Below, piece after piece: positions 35,413 to 47,979 of a stretch of 64,000 nucleotides of DNA. The notes under the pieces were generated by a model. The model had not been told where the DNA came from. It searched no databases and worked only from the letters and a program-made list of their open reading frames with translations. Source of the DNA: Marsupella aquatica (lineage: Eukaryota > Plantae > Marchantiophyta); assembly GCA_973895155.1 (NCBI GenBank), contig OZ316899.1, forward strand, positions 13,643,934 through 13,707,933. Direction: 5' to 3'. Positions within the stretch are counted from its first letter, which is position 1, and each line of letters begins with the position of its first letter. The translations under genes and the position numbers were made by a program.

Positions 35413-36802
35413 TGTCGTATAGTGCTAAGTATCAAAAGTGACTCTCCTCACCTAAAACCAGGGTTTCGATCCCTTTAAGAACAGATTTCAGAATGAATTG
35501 TATAACTTTTATCACTCCGAGTGATTTAGAGTCTTGAGCTCTATGTTGACTTCACTTCTCAATAAAAAAATCGAATAAACAAACAACAAAGTAACTGAAC
35601 TTCTGATTTATGAATTAGAGAAGAAATGAGTAAGGATTTAGAGACTACAAGCTGCTACTGCCACTCCTTCAGAAAGGATTTGGGCTCAGTATAGACATGA
35701 AATCTATCTCATAATTCATCCATCTCACTCTTCAAAACACAAAGGTTAATGATAATGGAATTCTCAATCTGATGAAGCAGAAGCTTTCTGATTGCAAATG
35801 AATGATATGATTTAAAATGCCGTCAACATGGTTTGACATCAGCGATACGCAATTCAGTCAAACTCTAAACCATATTCCAGAATCAAAGCAACAGTACTAA
35901 CTACTCTGAGAATCAGAATTTACTTCTCATTTATCATTAACTATTCTTGAATTGGCTAGCGAATCCCGACTCTGCAAGCAAGCCTAGCAGTGAATTCAAT
36001 ACGAGTTTCAGAAATCTGCAACTGAATTCAATCACCACAGGAATCTCTTGAATTCAATCTTAACTTCAATCAATATAGCTTTACTTCCATACAAAACACT
36101 CACAGCATGCCTTGTTACAATGGAAGGAGGAGAAAACTATTCAGAAGACTCAATTCTGAATACAGTATTAACTCTATTTCTCTCTACTTCAAATGAGCAT
36201 TCTACTCTGTCTTATAAGTGCTGGAATCCTAAAATGGAGGAGGTAAGAACAGTCGTGCCTTTCCAAGCTTAAAACTAAACAAGGGAGAAGCACAGCATAA
36301 GTACTTCAACAAGGGTGGTAGAATACTACTTTACTAGTAATCTACTTCAAAAACTAAGTGTTGAGCGGACGCTGCTAGAAGCGTCGGGAGAATCTGGACG
36401 CTGCTAGAAGCGTCTTAAGTAAAACCAACGGACGCTGCTCACACTGCTCACAGCGTCAATACTAGGGTGGACGCTGCTCACAGCGTCGTGTGTTGAAGCT
36501 GACGCTTTCCACAGCGTCGGTCGAAATCCTCATAGAGTCTTGGTGGCGGTCGGGCACTGCCAAAAGCGTCATGAGGAGGTTGGACGCTTCCGCAGCGTCT
36601 TGAGTAAAAGAAACGGGCGCTGGTCACAGCGTCGGGCAAAGTACACTAGGAATCGTCAGGAAAGCCGGAGATGTCAAATATTTCTATAAGTGTCCAGAAC
36701 AAGTAAATGTTGGCCGGAAGGTGTCTAAAGTGTAAGTAAATCTTGTGATATGCTAAAAATAAACAAGTTTCCAGAAAAAATTGCAGGGACACCCATACCA
36801 CA
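35413..36802 (-). repeat. 5' LTR
   Basis: Copy of 28213-29602, followed on the minus strand by the PBS. Confidence 0.97.
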
Positions 36803-37098
36803 GTCTCTAAGAGCCCCTTCTCCAAGATAAAATTAAGGGTATTCCGTTTCAAAGGAAGGACCCAAATTGGTTCTATCCAACATCCAATGTCAGAGACCCT
36901 CTCTGAGATGGAGTGGTGTGGCCCGAACGGCCAGACGGCAAAAATTGTCAATCGCGTCTTGGGTGGAAAGGGAAGCGAGATTGCAACCCAATCGCTCAGA
37001 GACCCTCTCTAAGATGGAGCCGTGTGCCCCAAGTGGCCAGAGAGCAGTTCTCCCAGATCGCCTATTGGGTCAGAAAGGTCGCCAAATGAGACCCAGCC

Positions 37099-39475
37099 TG
37101 TCACGCGATTGACATGGGTCTTAACACCAAAGACGTCACTATGGGTGCCAAAACCATCTCCTTGTACCTGAGGATCACGAAGGGATGTTGTGAAGGCCGG
37201 TAAACACCAATTTATGCCCTTAACACCAGACTATCATAGCAAAGCTCTATCACACATCACCCAAGCTCAATCCCAAGGAACCAAGGTTGGGGATCAGATC
37301 TGCGCTCATGATAGTTCTGGTGAGAAGGGGTCTTCATATCGGGCCCGTACACACAGGGCCTAGCGCTACGGTGCGCATAGGTCTATACGTATGCTTACTG
37401 TCATAGGTATGTTTCTATTCCGCCGCCGGAATGTACCCATAAACCAGTGACTCCTGACTGATTCCCAGCTTAGGGACTTCTAAGCCATTGCCCCACCACT
37501 CTGCCATTCCACTCTCAGCAATCAGAGCTGTGACAGCCCTCACCCAACCCACTTCAATGCACCCGGTACACCTCTCAGTGGCGCTGCTAGTCTCATCATA
37601 CACTCAGATTGCCTCACACACACACACATCCATGAGAGAAATGAGGCCTGAAAGGAAAACTCAATTGGATTCAAAGATGTGCACAATAGTTCACTGAGAA
37701 CACTTGATCCGAACACTAGGCCCGAAGGCTGTCTCCTCCAGATTGCGACGTGCTTGCCCTGCAAGCCCCGTGCTTGCCATGCAAGCTCAATCCTGAACTC
37801 AACCTCCTTCACTGCACTTCATTCTTGGGGGCACATACAGATCTCACACCTCCAATTCAGAACGTCAAGTTACGCATGCATAGTTGACTCGACTTCAAAG
37901 CTGGTACCAGGCCTAACGACAATCTACCCCAGACTGCAATGAGGCCCGGCCTCACGCTTGCCCTGCAAGCTCAGCTCTGGCCATAGATCCCTTAGTGCTC
38001 TCCACCAGACAAAGGCCGGGACTCCCCATGGGTCACGTAGCCTTGCCAGACTGAACTGTAAATGCTCCTCCTGCTGCCCCTTACTCAGTACCTCAGCCTC
38101 CCTAATGTGCCCACCGCAAATCGAATTGAAATCCTCCCCACAGTTTACAATCACCAATACATCACCTATCACCAAGGCTCTGTATCGGGGGAAAAGAACC
38201 CAGTTGTGCTGCCCACTAGAAAGAGCCACAATCCAGCTCGCAAACCTAGCAACCCGTTGTTGTGAAGCTTGGCTGATTACTCCCTGAGTAATAGCACAAC
38301 CAAGCTCTCCCCAACACGCAGCGTCCAAGTCCAGGCTTGCTTGCACAGAGCTCCTCCCCGCTGCTCAGTCTAAGTGAGATCACACAACTGAAGTCCCCCC
38401 CCATCTCTACCGGGGGGGGGGCTGCTCTATATACTCTCATACTGAGCCCAAATGGCTGGGTACTACGCTGCTGGAGCCCCATCCCAGCCCTAACAGAGCC
38501 GCCACTATCTCTAACTACTGAACCCTAACTCGCCGCTTTATTTCTATCTCGAATTGGCTATGTACTTCGGATTTGGCCCTCCTCCATGGTTTTCGCGAGC
38601 TTACGCCTCCTCTCCCGATTTCTGTATTCAACCATTTGCTGCGTGGATAGCAGCGTTGGAAGCGGCTTGAGCTCCTCTTTCCAATGAGGTCAATTATAGC
38701 CAATTTGGTCAAATACACAGAGAGTTATGCCCCCGCAACCGAGAGAGGGTACTCACTGCTGCGCTAACCCGAGTTACATAGCTAACCCGAGTTCGGCTAA
38801 CCTAGCTATCCTATCTAACCCGAGTAGAGCTAACCCGTGGTCTCAGGTTAGGCCGCTACCCGCTATCCGCTAACCTAGCCTAAGCTGAGCCCGAACCCGA
38901 GCTTACCTATGCTAACCTGAGCCCGAGTTTAGGCTAACCCGAGTTCAATCTAATCCGAACCTAGGTTAAGCCTAAGCTGAAGCTGTGCTGACCTGAGCTA
39001 AGCTGAAGCCGTGCTCACCTGAGCTAAGCTGAAGCCGTGCTTACCTGAGCTAAGCTGAAGCCGTGCTTACCTGAGCTAAGCTGAAGCCGTGCTCACATAA
39101 GCTAAGCCGTGGTCGAGCTTGGGTTAACCCGAAACTGAAGCCGAATCCGCTAATTCCGGCCATAAGTTAACCCGTCACACTAATCAGGCCGTATCTCTCT
39201 TAATACACCTCCGTTTCCCGAGTGTTTTATATCGATTTTACTCGCCTTGACCAGATCTTTCCAATGCTCTTTACAGATCCGGATTTGGTGACATATTGAA
39301 AGAAATATGGTCGTCGACCACCCGCGACATAGTTTTTATTTCCCTACTCTTAACGCCATGATTGCCCTTATTCTTGCCATCTTGCTAATTGTTATGTAAT
39401 ATCAATAGCTACTCCTTGCATACAGCAACCTACTTAATCAGATTACAAAATAAGGACCATGTCATTGGCGTCACA
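37099..39475 (-). mobile_element. Solo LTR, family X copy 2 (inverted)
   Basis: Reverse complement of copy 1; TSD CAGCC. Confidence 0.9.
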
Positions 39476-39939
39476 CAGCCTCTCGGAGACTCTCTCTGAG
39501 ATGGAGTCGTGGGCGTACTTTGGCCAGATGATACCACTTGTGGACCCTGTTAACAGTTTCAAAGGGTTAGGTACAACATACACTATGTCTCTCAGAGACC
39601 CTCTCCGAGATGAAATTAAGGGTATTCCGTTTCAAAGGAAGGACCCAAATTGGTTCTATCCCACATTCGATGTCAGAGACCCTCGCCAAAATACAAGGAT
39701 GAACCCAAAAGTGCATGCAAAAACTGACCATACAGTACTTTTCAATGTTTTTACAATGTAATTATGTACGGATCGCGTGTCCGTACAGTTGTACCATCTC
39801 AGAGAGGCTCGCCGAGTACAAATACTGTTGCCCAAATGACCCGAGTCCATCTCAGAGACCCCCGCCGAGAATAATTTAAGGTGGAAACTAAATGACACTT
39901 CGAGTGAGGAAGTGTTATGTGGGCCGCCGCAAGTGTCCC

Positions 39940-40340
39940 TAATCCACCATAGAGAGGCTCGCCAGATAGCGCGACCGCATGTTAGAGACCCTCGCCGAGT
40001 AAGATTCTAGGTAAAAGTCTATGAGAATCCATCTCAAAATCTTGGAGACCCCCACCGAGAATGACTTGGGATGAAAAGTAAATGACACTCAACGACCAAG
40101 GAAGTCCCTAATCCACCACAGAGAGGCTCGCCAGATAACGCGACCGCATGTCAGAGACCCTCGCCAAGTAGCAGTCTAGGTAAAAGTCTATGAGAATCCA
40201 TCTCAGAATCTCGGAGACCCCCGCCAAGAATGACTTGGGATGAAAAGTAAATGACACTCAGCGACCAAGGAAGTCCCTAATCCACCACAGAGAGGCTCGC
40301 TAGATAGCGCGACCGCATGTCAGAGACCCTCGCCGAGTAG
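39940..40340. repeat. ~180-bp tandem repeat carrying element-B palindromes
   Basis: Repeated CCCTAATCCACCA.AGAGAGGCTCGCCAGATAGCGCGACCGCATGT.AGAGACCCTCGCCGAG units. Confidence 0.85.
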
Positions 40341-40483
40341 GAAGTTGGAAGGCTATTTATTCATCCTTCAAGTCAGGCATTTTTGCAGAGGGGATTATAA
40401 GCCACACGACGGAAGAAGAAGAAATGTTTTAGGCAAGGCCGGATGGAATCTTGGAGAATATACTACATCCCCAGAGTTTGCAT

Positions 40484-40721
40484 GTACCTTCTTGGTGGCT
40501 GCTGGCAAATATGTACCTTGTACATGTGCAGAATCTGTACCTTCTTGGCGGTCGCTAGCAAATAGGTACCTTCTTTGTGGTACAATTGTTATATGTACGC
40601 TCCGGATTCTACGATCGTTATATGGTACGCACGTTGTCCGGAACGGTATTCTTGGCGTAAAGTACGGGTACCGCCCAAGTTCTAAGCCGGAAAGTGCGGT
40701 ATTATTGGCATAAAGTGGTAC
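40484..40721. promoter_or_regulatory. Dense GTAC cluster immediately upstream of transposase B
   Basis: 11 GTAC in 238 bp; about 1 expected by chance. Confidence 0.5.
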
Positions 40722-40738
40722 CAAGACTTTAACGTCTG

Positions 40739-43700
40739 ATGTATAAAGCCAAAGGCCTGGGGACTAACATTCCCAGTGTGGATTTGGGACACATGGCTTC
40801 TCTTGTGATAATCCGATCAGTACCCGGGGATGTTGTTGTTCTTCGTCAGATTGAGGGAGACAGTGTTCGAGTCACTAAGGAGCATGAAGTAGCAAGCCGA
40901 TTTGGTTTGAAGGTAGGGGATTTCATGATTTACGAGGAGAGAGAAGATGGGCTGTCCACTTCTGCTGAATCCAAAGGCAATGGAGATGAGTGAGAGTGGT
41001 ATCTGAAATGTGGCGTGTCCTATACTATTTGCAAAAAGAAAGCAAGTTCATGCAATGTTAGTGAGGGTCTTGGAGATTTTGCGCACTCCCCATAGATTGA
41101 TGAATCAAGTGAATTATGGAACAATACACCGCGTTGTATGCATAGGGATTGTGAGAATTTTGAAGAGCGCAAAGAGCACAATTCTGCAAAGTGGACCCGA
41201 GATCGAGCAGGCACAAATGAGCTGCCTTTCACTGTTGGATGCGATGTTCCCCCATCAAGTGTAATTTGTAGCTTCTACAGGAGGCCTCCTAGGTGTATAG
41301 CTGGATGCCCAAGTGAGATGTACTACATCACTCCAACCAAGGACGACCTTAATTACTGTCACAAGTCTCGTGTTGCCATGCATGTTGGAAATCACACCCA
41401 TCCCGCAATGTTCACGCACAACAAAGATCAACGATCACTTGTGTGTAATCTCGTGGAGGAGGAACTGAAGAGGAGTCCTACTGCACGGCCGTTTGTGATC
41501 AAGGTCAAAGCAGTACATAAACTTAAAGATATTTTTGAGGACCCAGTGGCTGAGATGGTCACCACTGAGGAGGCAAACGACCTTGATGAAATGTTGGCCA
41601 TTCTGGGCGACGAATCTGTTTTCCGCTCAATGATCAGGAGCATCAAGAGATACTCTCATGTGTCGTCTGATGTAAGCCTGATACTAGAGATGCGGAAGCA
41701 GACTGCATTTCCTTTTATCCAAAGTGTTTTATTCCCAGCCTAGAATGTGGGAACAAATGAGCGGTCGCACATTTTTAAAATGAGTACAGAAGATCCCGGG
41801 TCAGGAGTGGACCTTGTTTGAAGAATGCAGCCAGGAGGGGATCTTGAGCATTCTTGGGTGATGTCTGATGTCATGCACCACATACTTGACAATAGATGGT
41901 GCACTATGTCTGCACATGTATATGACCATTTCTATTGAGGTTTATGCACAATCTTTGTCTGTGAGCTAGTTTCAGAAGATAACAAGTCATTGCAAACTGC
42001 ATGGAAGGTCATGAGGAGGGTATGTGAAGAACATGGGCTGAAGAATGTGCAGTTCTGTGAATTTATGGCTGATAATGCTGCTGCTGGGTGGAATGCGATC
42101 CGCAATGAATTTTGGGATGGAAAGGTAAATTCTGATAGAGAGAGGTCTGATGCATTTCACTAGGCCCAATCAGTACAAAGAATGCAGAAGCACATTGTCC
42201 CAAGTAAGAGATTTGAGCATAAAGAATTGTTGGATTCACTTCGGCACGCCGATAATATAGTTCTTGCCTATTGAGTTTTTGAGAAGCCAAAAACGTGGTG
42301 GAATGAGGGCAATGCGCTACCAGGAAAAGCAAAGGAGCTCACCACGTGGATGTCTTGGTGGATTGTTGGGTTTTCTCAGTGGGGAAACTTTTTGAGACTC
42401 GTAAGTGTCTTAACACTTTCCCTCTCTATGCATGATATCTGTCAACACGTCGGATCTCGGCGAAGCTCTCCGAGATATGCTCTAATACACCTATTTTGTC
42501 TGTTGCCTAGAACATAAAAAATGACCAAAATTGATATGTTTACTGGAACAATATTGCAGGAGATGGACAGAGAAAAGGCAGCACTCATGCCTAACCACAG
42601 CGGGGCAGAGTCGGTACACGCATCTATGCGTAAATCCTCATCTAGTACAAAGGTTGGGTTAGTACAATCTTGTACCCTGGATGCATCTCGCGCGTTGAGC
42701 CAGAATGGAGCTTTGAAGAACTACAAACTCAGTGGGAGGAAAGGACGGGGACCAAGCTTGTTTGAACTTTGACTTCGAGATGCTACTGCCGTTGGGAATG
42801 TAGAATCTTTCTTTCCAAAATTGAACACCGCTATAACTCAACCACACTTGCGTGAGTTCTCATCCGCGGACCCACTTAGCAAAGATGTAGAAACGGTTCC
42901 GATAAAATGCGGGAAGGCCACTGCTGGCCATCATGTTGTAGTAGAAGATTCTCACCGGCCTGACATTGTTTTGGTAACCAGACCAAAGAAGAGGAAGTTC
43001 AGGGGGATTGCAAATAGGGACACAAACTTGAAAAGCCAGGATGCTGAAGTTGTGGATCTGTCATCCGATGGCTCTCGTGGCTCGGGCAAACCAGATGTTG
43101 TCATTGTGGAACCCCGAAAGACGAGGTCAACCCCATGTCCGAAGCCCGTGAGAAGACGTATTCAGGAAAGTGATTTGGTTCCAAGCATGTTCTTTTTGGC
43201 TCGCATCTCAATGATTGGTAAGAGTCCCGGTTGTCGAGGTGCATTCAAAGGCAAGGAACGGGGAGTATATGCTCAATTTATCAGAGAGGCAGGACTAAAA
43301 GTAAGCGGATTAGGCATTGTCGGTATCTGTTGGCTGGCTGGGAGTAAATTTAACAAATTAGGTGTTCCATATCCGTATTGGTTTTGCCCAAACAACCAGT
43401 GTTGCACAAAATCATCTTTGCCATTTATTACTGGTGTTTTACCACCATTGCCTTCAAAGTTTCCTGTCTCTCATGGAACTAATCTTACAGAAGAAGAGGT
43501 CCTGTTCTTGCACAACAATGGAGTGGACGTCATTTTTGGTGAAGATGTTATGAATGAATTGGTGAGTGCTGGCGACATCATAATGGATTTGAACACATAC
43601 CCAGAGCGGATAGATCCAACAATGCCTGATGAGCGTGGTACTCGACGCAATGGCCAGGCAAGGCGAAGGAGGTCAGACACCTCCAAGTACGCTGCCACAC

Positions 43701-44031
43701 GTATCCGTAATGCTAAGACCGAGCAATTGTGTGCACATCAATGAGGAGAATCAAAACTAGGAATGCTACAGGCGTGAGGCTCATGGTGAACAACACTTGC
43801 AGGGGCCAAACTTCAATACATTGCGTACAGATCTGTGTCTTCCCAAGTTGGTCCTGCAAGGATTTCATGTACAGGGAGTCTATGGGAAGAGCCTACTTCC
43901 CGTGCAAGCACTTGTACTGGTGCTTTGCAAACATCTTGAAAAGGAATATCGACACGGATCAATGTGTTAACCAACCAATCTTGACTCTAATTGAGGTCAA
44001 CAACCTTGTATCAAATGCAGGTATTGTCTGA
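40739..44031 (+). pseudogene. MULE DDE transposase with SWIM finger (copy B)
   Basis: SDVMHH, FMADNAAAGWNAIR, DAFH, GAESVHASM and SCKDF..CKHLYW; collinear with copy A. Intron ~42401-42559; multiple stops. Confidence 0.85.
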
Positions 44032-45510
44032 TCTCGACGACCTCCGCCGACATTGTATTTCGGAGACCATCGCCGACATTGTATCTCGGAGACCCTCGCC
44101 GACATTTACCAAATAGCCGAATAGGGTTTCCTTCCTCATTGTATCCTTCCTCATTGTATCTCGGAGATCCTCGCCGACATTGTATCTTGGAGATCCTCAC
44201 CGATATTTACCAAATAGCCGGATAGGGTTACCTGTTTTGGGACTAGGGTTTAGGGTTGAGGAAAAAAGACGCCGTTTTATGTGACCAATATTATGTATCA
44301 ACGGTTCCTATGAATGGATGAATGTGTTAACCAACCAATCTTGACTCTGAGGTTGGCAACCTTGTATCAAATGCCGGTATTGTCTGATCTCGGCGACCTC
44401 CGCCAACATGAACAAGTTTCCTTCCTCATTGTATCTCGGAGACCCTCGCCGACATTGTATTTTGGAGACCCTCGCCGACATTGTATTTCGGAGACCCTCG
44501 CCGATATTTACCAAATAGCCAAATAGGGTTACTTGTTTTGGGACTAGGGTTTAGGGTTTAGGAAAAAAGATGCGGTTTTATGTGACCGATATTATGTATC
44601 AACGGTTCCTATGAATGGATGAATGTGTTAACCAACCAATCTTGACTCTGAGGTCGGCAACCTTGTATCAAATATCGGTATTGTCTGATCTCGATGACCT
44701 CCGCCAACATGAAGAGGTTTCCTTCCTCATTGTATCTCGGAGACCCTCGCCGACATTGTATTTTGGAGACCCTCGCCGACATTTACCAAATAGCCAAATA
44801 GGGTTACCTGTTTTGGGACTAGGGTTTAGGGTTTAGGAAAAAAGATGCGGTTTTATGTGACCGATATTATGTATCAACGGTTCCTATGAATGGATGAATG
44901 TGTTAACCAACCAATCTTGACTTTGAGGTCGACAACCTTGTATCAAATGCCGGTATTGTCTGATCTCGGCGACCTCCGCCAACATGAAGAGGTTTCCTTC
45001 CTCATTGTATCTCGGAGATCCTCGCCAACATTGTATTATTGAGACCCTCGCTGACAAGGTATTTTGGAGACCCTCGCCGACATTGTATTACTGAGACCCT
45101 CGTTGACAGGGTATTACTGAGACCCTCACTGACAGTATTTCGAAGACCCTCGCCGACATTGTATTTTGGAGACCCTCGCCGACATTGTATTTTGGAGACC
45201 CTCACCGATATTTACCAAACAGCTGAATAGGGTCACCTATGTTGGGCCTAGGGTTTAGGAAAAATGACCAACCAATCTTGACTTTGAGGTCGGCAAACTT
45301 GTATCAAATGCCGGTATTGTCTGATCAGGGCAACCTCCGCCGACATGAACAGGTTTCCTTCCTCATTGTATCTTGGAGACCCTCGCCTACATTGTATTTC
45401 AGAGACCCTCGCCGACATTTACCAAACAGCCAGATAGGGTCACCTGTTTTGGGCCTAGGGTTTAGGGTTTAGGGTTTAGGAAAAATGACCGTTTTATGTG
45501 ACCAATATTA
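43962..45510. repeat. ~275-350-bp tandem units made of the transposase 3' end, palindromes and TTTAGGG tracts
   Basis: About five units starting (TGTGTTA)ACCAACCAATCTTGACT. Confidence 0.9.
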
Positions 45511-45628
45511 TGTACCCGTTGTCCTTGTTGGTTTAGTGTTTAGGGTTTGCTATGGACAGGGTCACATTAGAAGGGTAGACCATCGGCCCGCTCTCAGATT
45601 AGGCATGTTTTTTTGTTACAAACTTACT

Positions 45629-46291
45629 ATGGATCGCGACGCATGCGAACGTGAGCTTTTGATTGATAGGACACAACAAAAGCTTAGATTGGAATTGCGG
45701 ACGCTTCTGGCTAGTAAGGAACAAGACCGTGGTCGCATTTGGAATCCTCATTATCCCCTACGATGTCACCCTCCAATGAGTAACTTGATTCCAGGGTTGC
45801 CCGATGATGTTGTGGAGTTGCACATCTGACCCCGGATTTGGTCAATGCTCGAAGGTGTTGCAGTTTTGGATCCAGTTCGGGATGGTCATCATCCAGTGAA
45901 GACTCTCTTCCTGACGGTGCGATCAGTTGCTCATATCAACAGGAAATGGAGACATTTGATAACAAGATCCATACTATGGGCTGCAATGACTACAGCTATA
46001 GCATTTTGTCGCGTAAGATGGCCTACAGTGACCCCTTTGTTCTTTCAAGATTCAGTGAGAGCATTCCCTCCGATCGATGTTTGGAGTCCGTTGTCTGATA
46101 GTATCTTAAATGGAAGGATCGATTCTTGGTTGTTATGTGCTTCAGAGGAAGTGGACTGCTACCTCTCCGTATATGGTCTTGAGCAAGCGCGAGTAGAGTC
46201 TTGGAAAAGGACTCATGTTGATAACTGGTACATTGAACAGGTTCAAGAAAGACTTGATAATGGTGTTCCTGTTAATTGTGACAATTTTTAG
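45629..46291 (+). pseudogene. F-box-like gene 1 (one premature TGA)
   Basis: NLIPGLPDDVVELHI*PRIW...RSVAHINRKWRHLITRSILW. The stop aligns with W in the paralog. Confidence 0.65.
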
Positions 46292-46897
46292 CGGCATTGA
46301 CTGAGCACCAATGTGAAAGTTGTTTGCCCACATTGAATGCCATGTCAAATATCAGCCTGCATTAGTGTAATAGACGAATTAGAACAATTAGACCAATTTT
46401 GTGTAATAGACCAATTAGAACAATTTTGTACAAAAAAAATTTAATAGTAAAAGTTTGGACGTTTTTTGAGCGGAATCTCAGTGCGGTGTTCTCGTTATGT
46501 TAGTGACCTCTTCAACATACATAGCAGTACACAATTGTCCTTCTCATGTTGGCGAGGGTCTCTGAGATGTGTTTTGGAGAGGTCGTTTACCATCACTTTT
46601 GCCCTCGTGAAGTCGGTCAGAGTCTATGAGATAAGTCTACTATATTGTGTTGACAAATTGGCGGGCACAATCCACAAAATCTCAGAGACCCTCTCTGAGA
46701 TGGATAACATATAGGAGACCCCGTAATATATCAAACAGTCCCATAATATTTAGACAATGTTTTTTTAGTTCATCTGCTCCTAGCAAAAAAACCATAAGCT
46801 TTGAGCAAAATGTGTGAGGTCAATCATCCATATCACTATTCACTCTTTGGTTGCCTTATCATGGAGGACTCCACTTGACACTATTCTCTTGTTCAAC

Positions 46898-47979
46898 ATG
46901 GAAGGATCCAATGCGCAGAGGTGTTATCATGAGAAGTGCGCTGCACGGCTTGAGAAGTTCAGGACGACCATTACTGAGCTGAAATTGATAGCTCTTTCCA
47001 ATAAGTTGTCAATATGGAGTTCTCCCGGGAGTTTGGGGGGGAGCCTATGCGTTATCCATTGTGCAGTCAGGACGCCCAAAAGCAGAATCTGATCCCTGGC
47101 CTCCCGGATGATTTGAAGGAGGGACACATTTGGCCTCTACTTCGAAAAAAATTTGAATGTGCAAATGCTCATGGCAGAGATGATAATGCTACATTCAACG
47201 CAATCAACAACATGCGTGTATTGTCAAGAGTTAGTGGGAAATGGAGATTCCTAATGACTCATTCGAAGGGGTATTTACAAACGACGGGAAATAGCAAACA
47301 GTAACAGAAAACAAAAACTGGTAACAGGAAAAATGAGTGGTAATTTTTTTTGAATTTTTTTTGAATTAAAAAAAAAAAAAATTGATTGGGAAAGAAAAAG
47401 GTTTTTTTTTTTCAAAAAAAAATTGTTTTTTGCTAGCGCCCAAAGCTAGCCAAAAAATGTTGTAACTTAGATTTTTTGGAAAATGAGACTTTTTAGAAAA
47501 TATTTTGACATGGTTATTTTTCCTGGTAACAGTAACTTTTTGCTGGTAACAAGGAAAAAATTTCCTGGTACCAATAAACCTGTTTCCTGTTTACTGTCAC
47601 GCATGCCATACCCCATTCGAAGGGATGGGCAGCCATAAAAGTGTTGTTGGACATTGTTGAAAACATATCTGAAAATCGACATTGGACTCGACACTCAACC
47701 GCGTCCACGTTTCGAGTCCTCTTGCGTCAAATTCCTCCTATTGATGCCCTCACGATGATGTCACCTATATCATTGAAGTCTTGGGTGGCATATTATGTTT
47801 GGAGGACAGAGAGATATGAGAGGGATCTGTATGACAGTTTCTTTGACGAGGATGAGCTTGGAAGGGTCAAGCTATGGGTGGAGAACAGGCTACACACATT
47901 GTTGTGGTGTGACGATGTAGCGAGTTGGGAGAGCAACAATCCCGATAGTGGGTACGGGCTTCATAGTGATGACATTTGA
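46898..47979 (+). pseudogene. F-box-like gene 2, interrupted by a MITE
   Basis: NLIPGLPDDLKEGHIWP...RVLSRVSGKWRFLMTHSKG|WAAIKVLL. The frame is restored on MITE removal; a 5' frameshift remains. Confidence 0.65.
47269..47613. mobile_element. 345-bp Mutator-type MITE related to element A termini
   Basis: GGGTAT...ATACCC ends, perfect 9-bp TSD CATTCGAAG, and CGTGACAGTAAACAG shared with the left end of element A. Confidence 0.9.

Larger units (their letters stand above)
28213..36802 (-). mobile_element. Young non-autonomous Ty3/gypsy LTR retrotransposon (non-chromovirus, Athila/Tat-like PBS), 8590 bp
   Basis: Two 1390-bp LTRs that appear identical, TSD GTCTC, PBS and PPT. Encodes gag-protease and RT but no RNase H or integrase. 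Confidence 0.95.
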
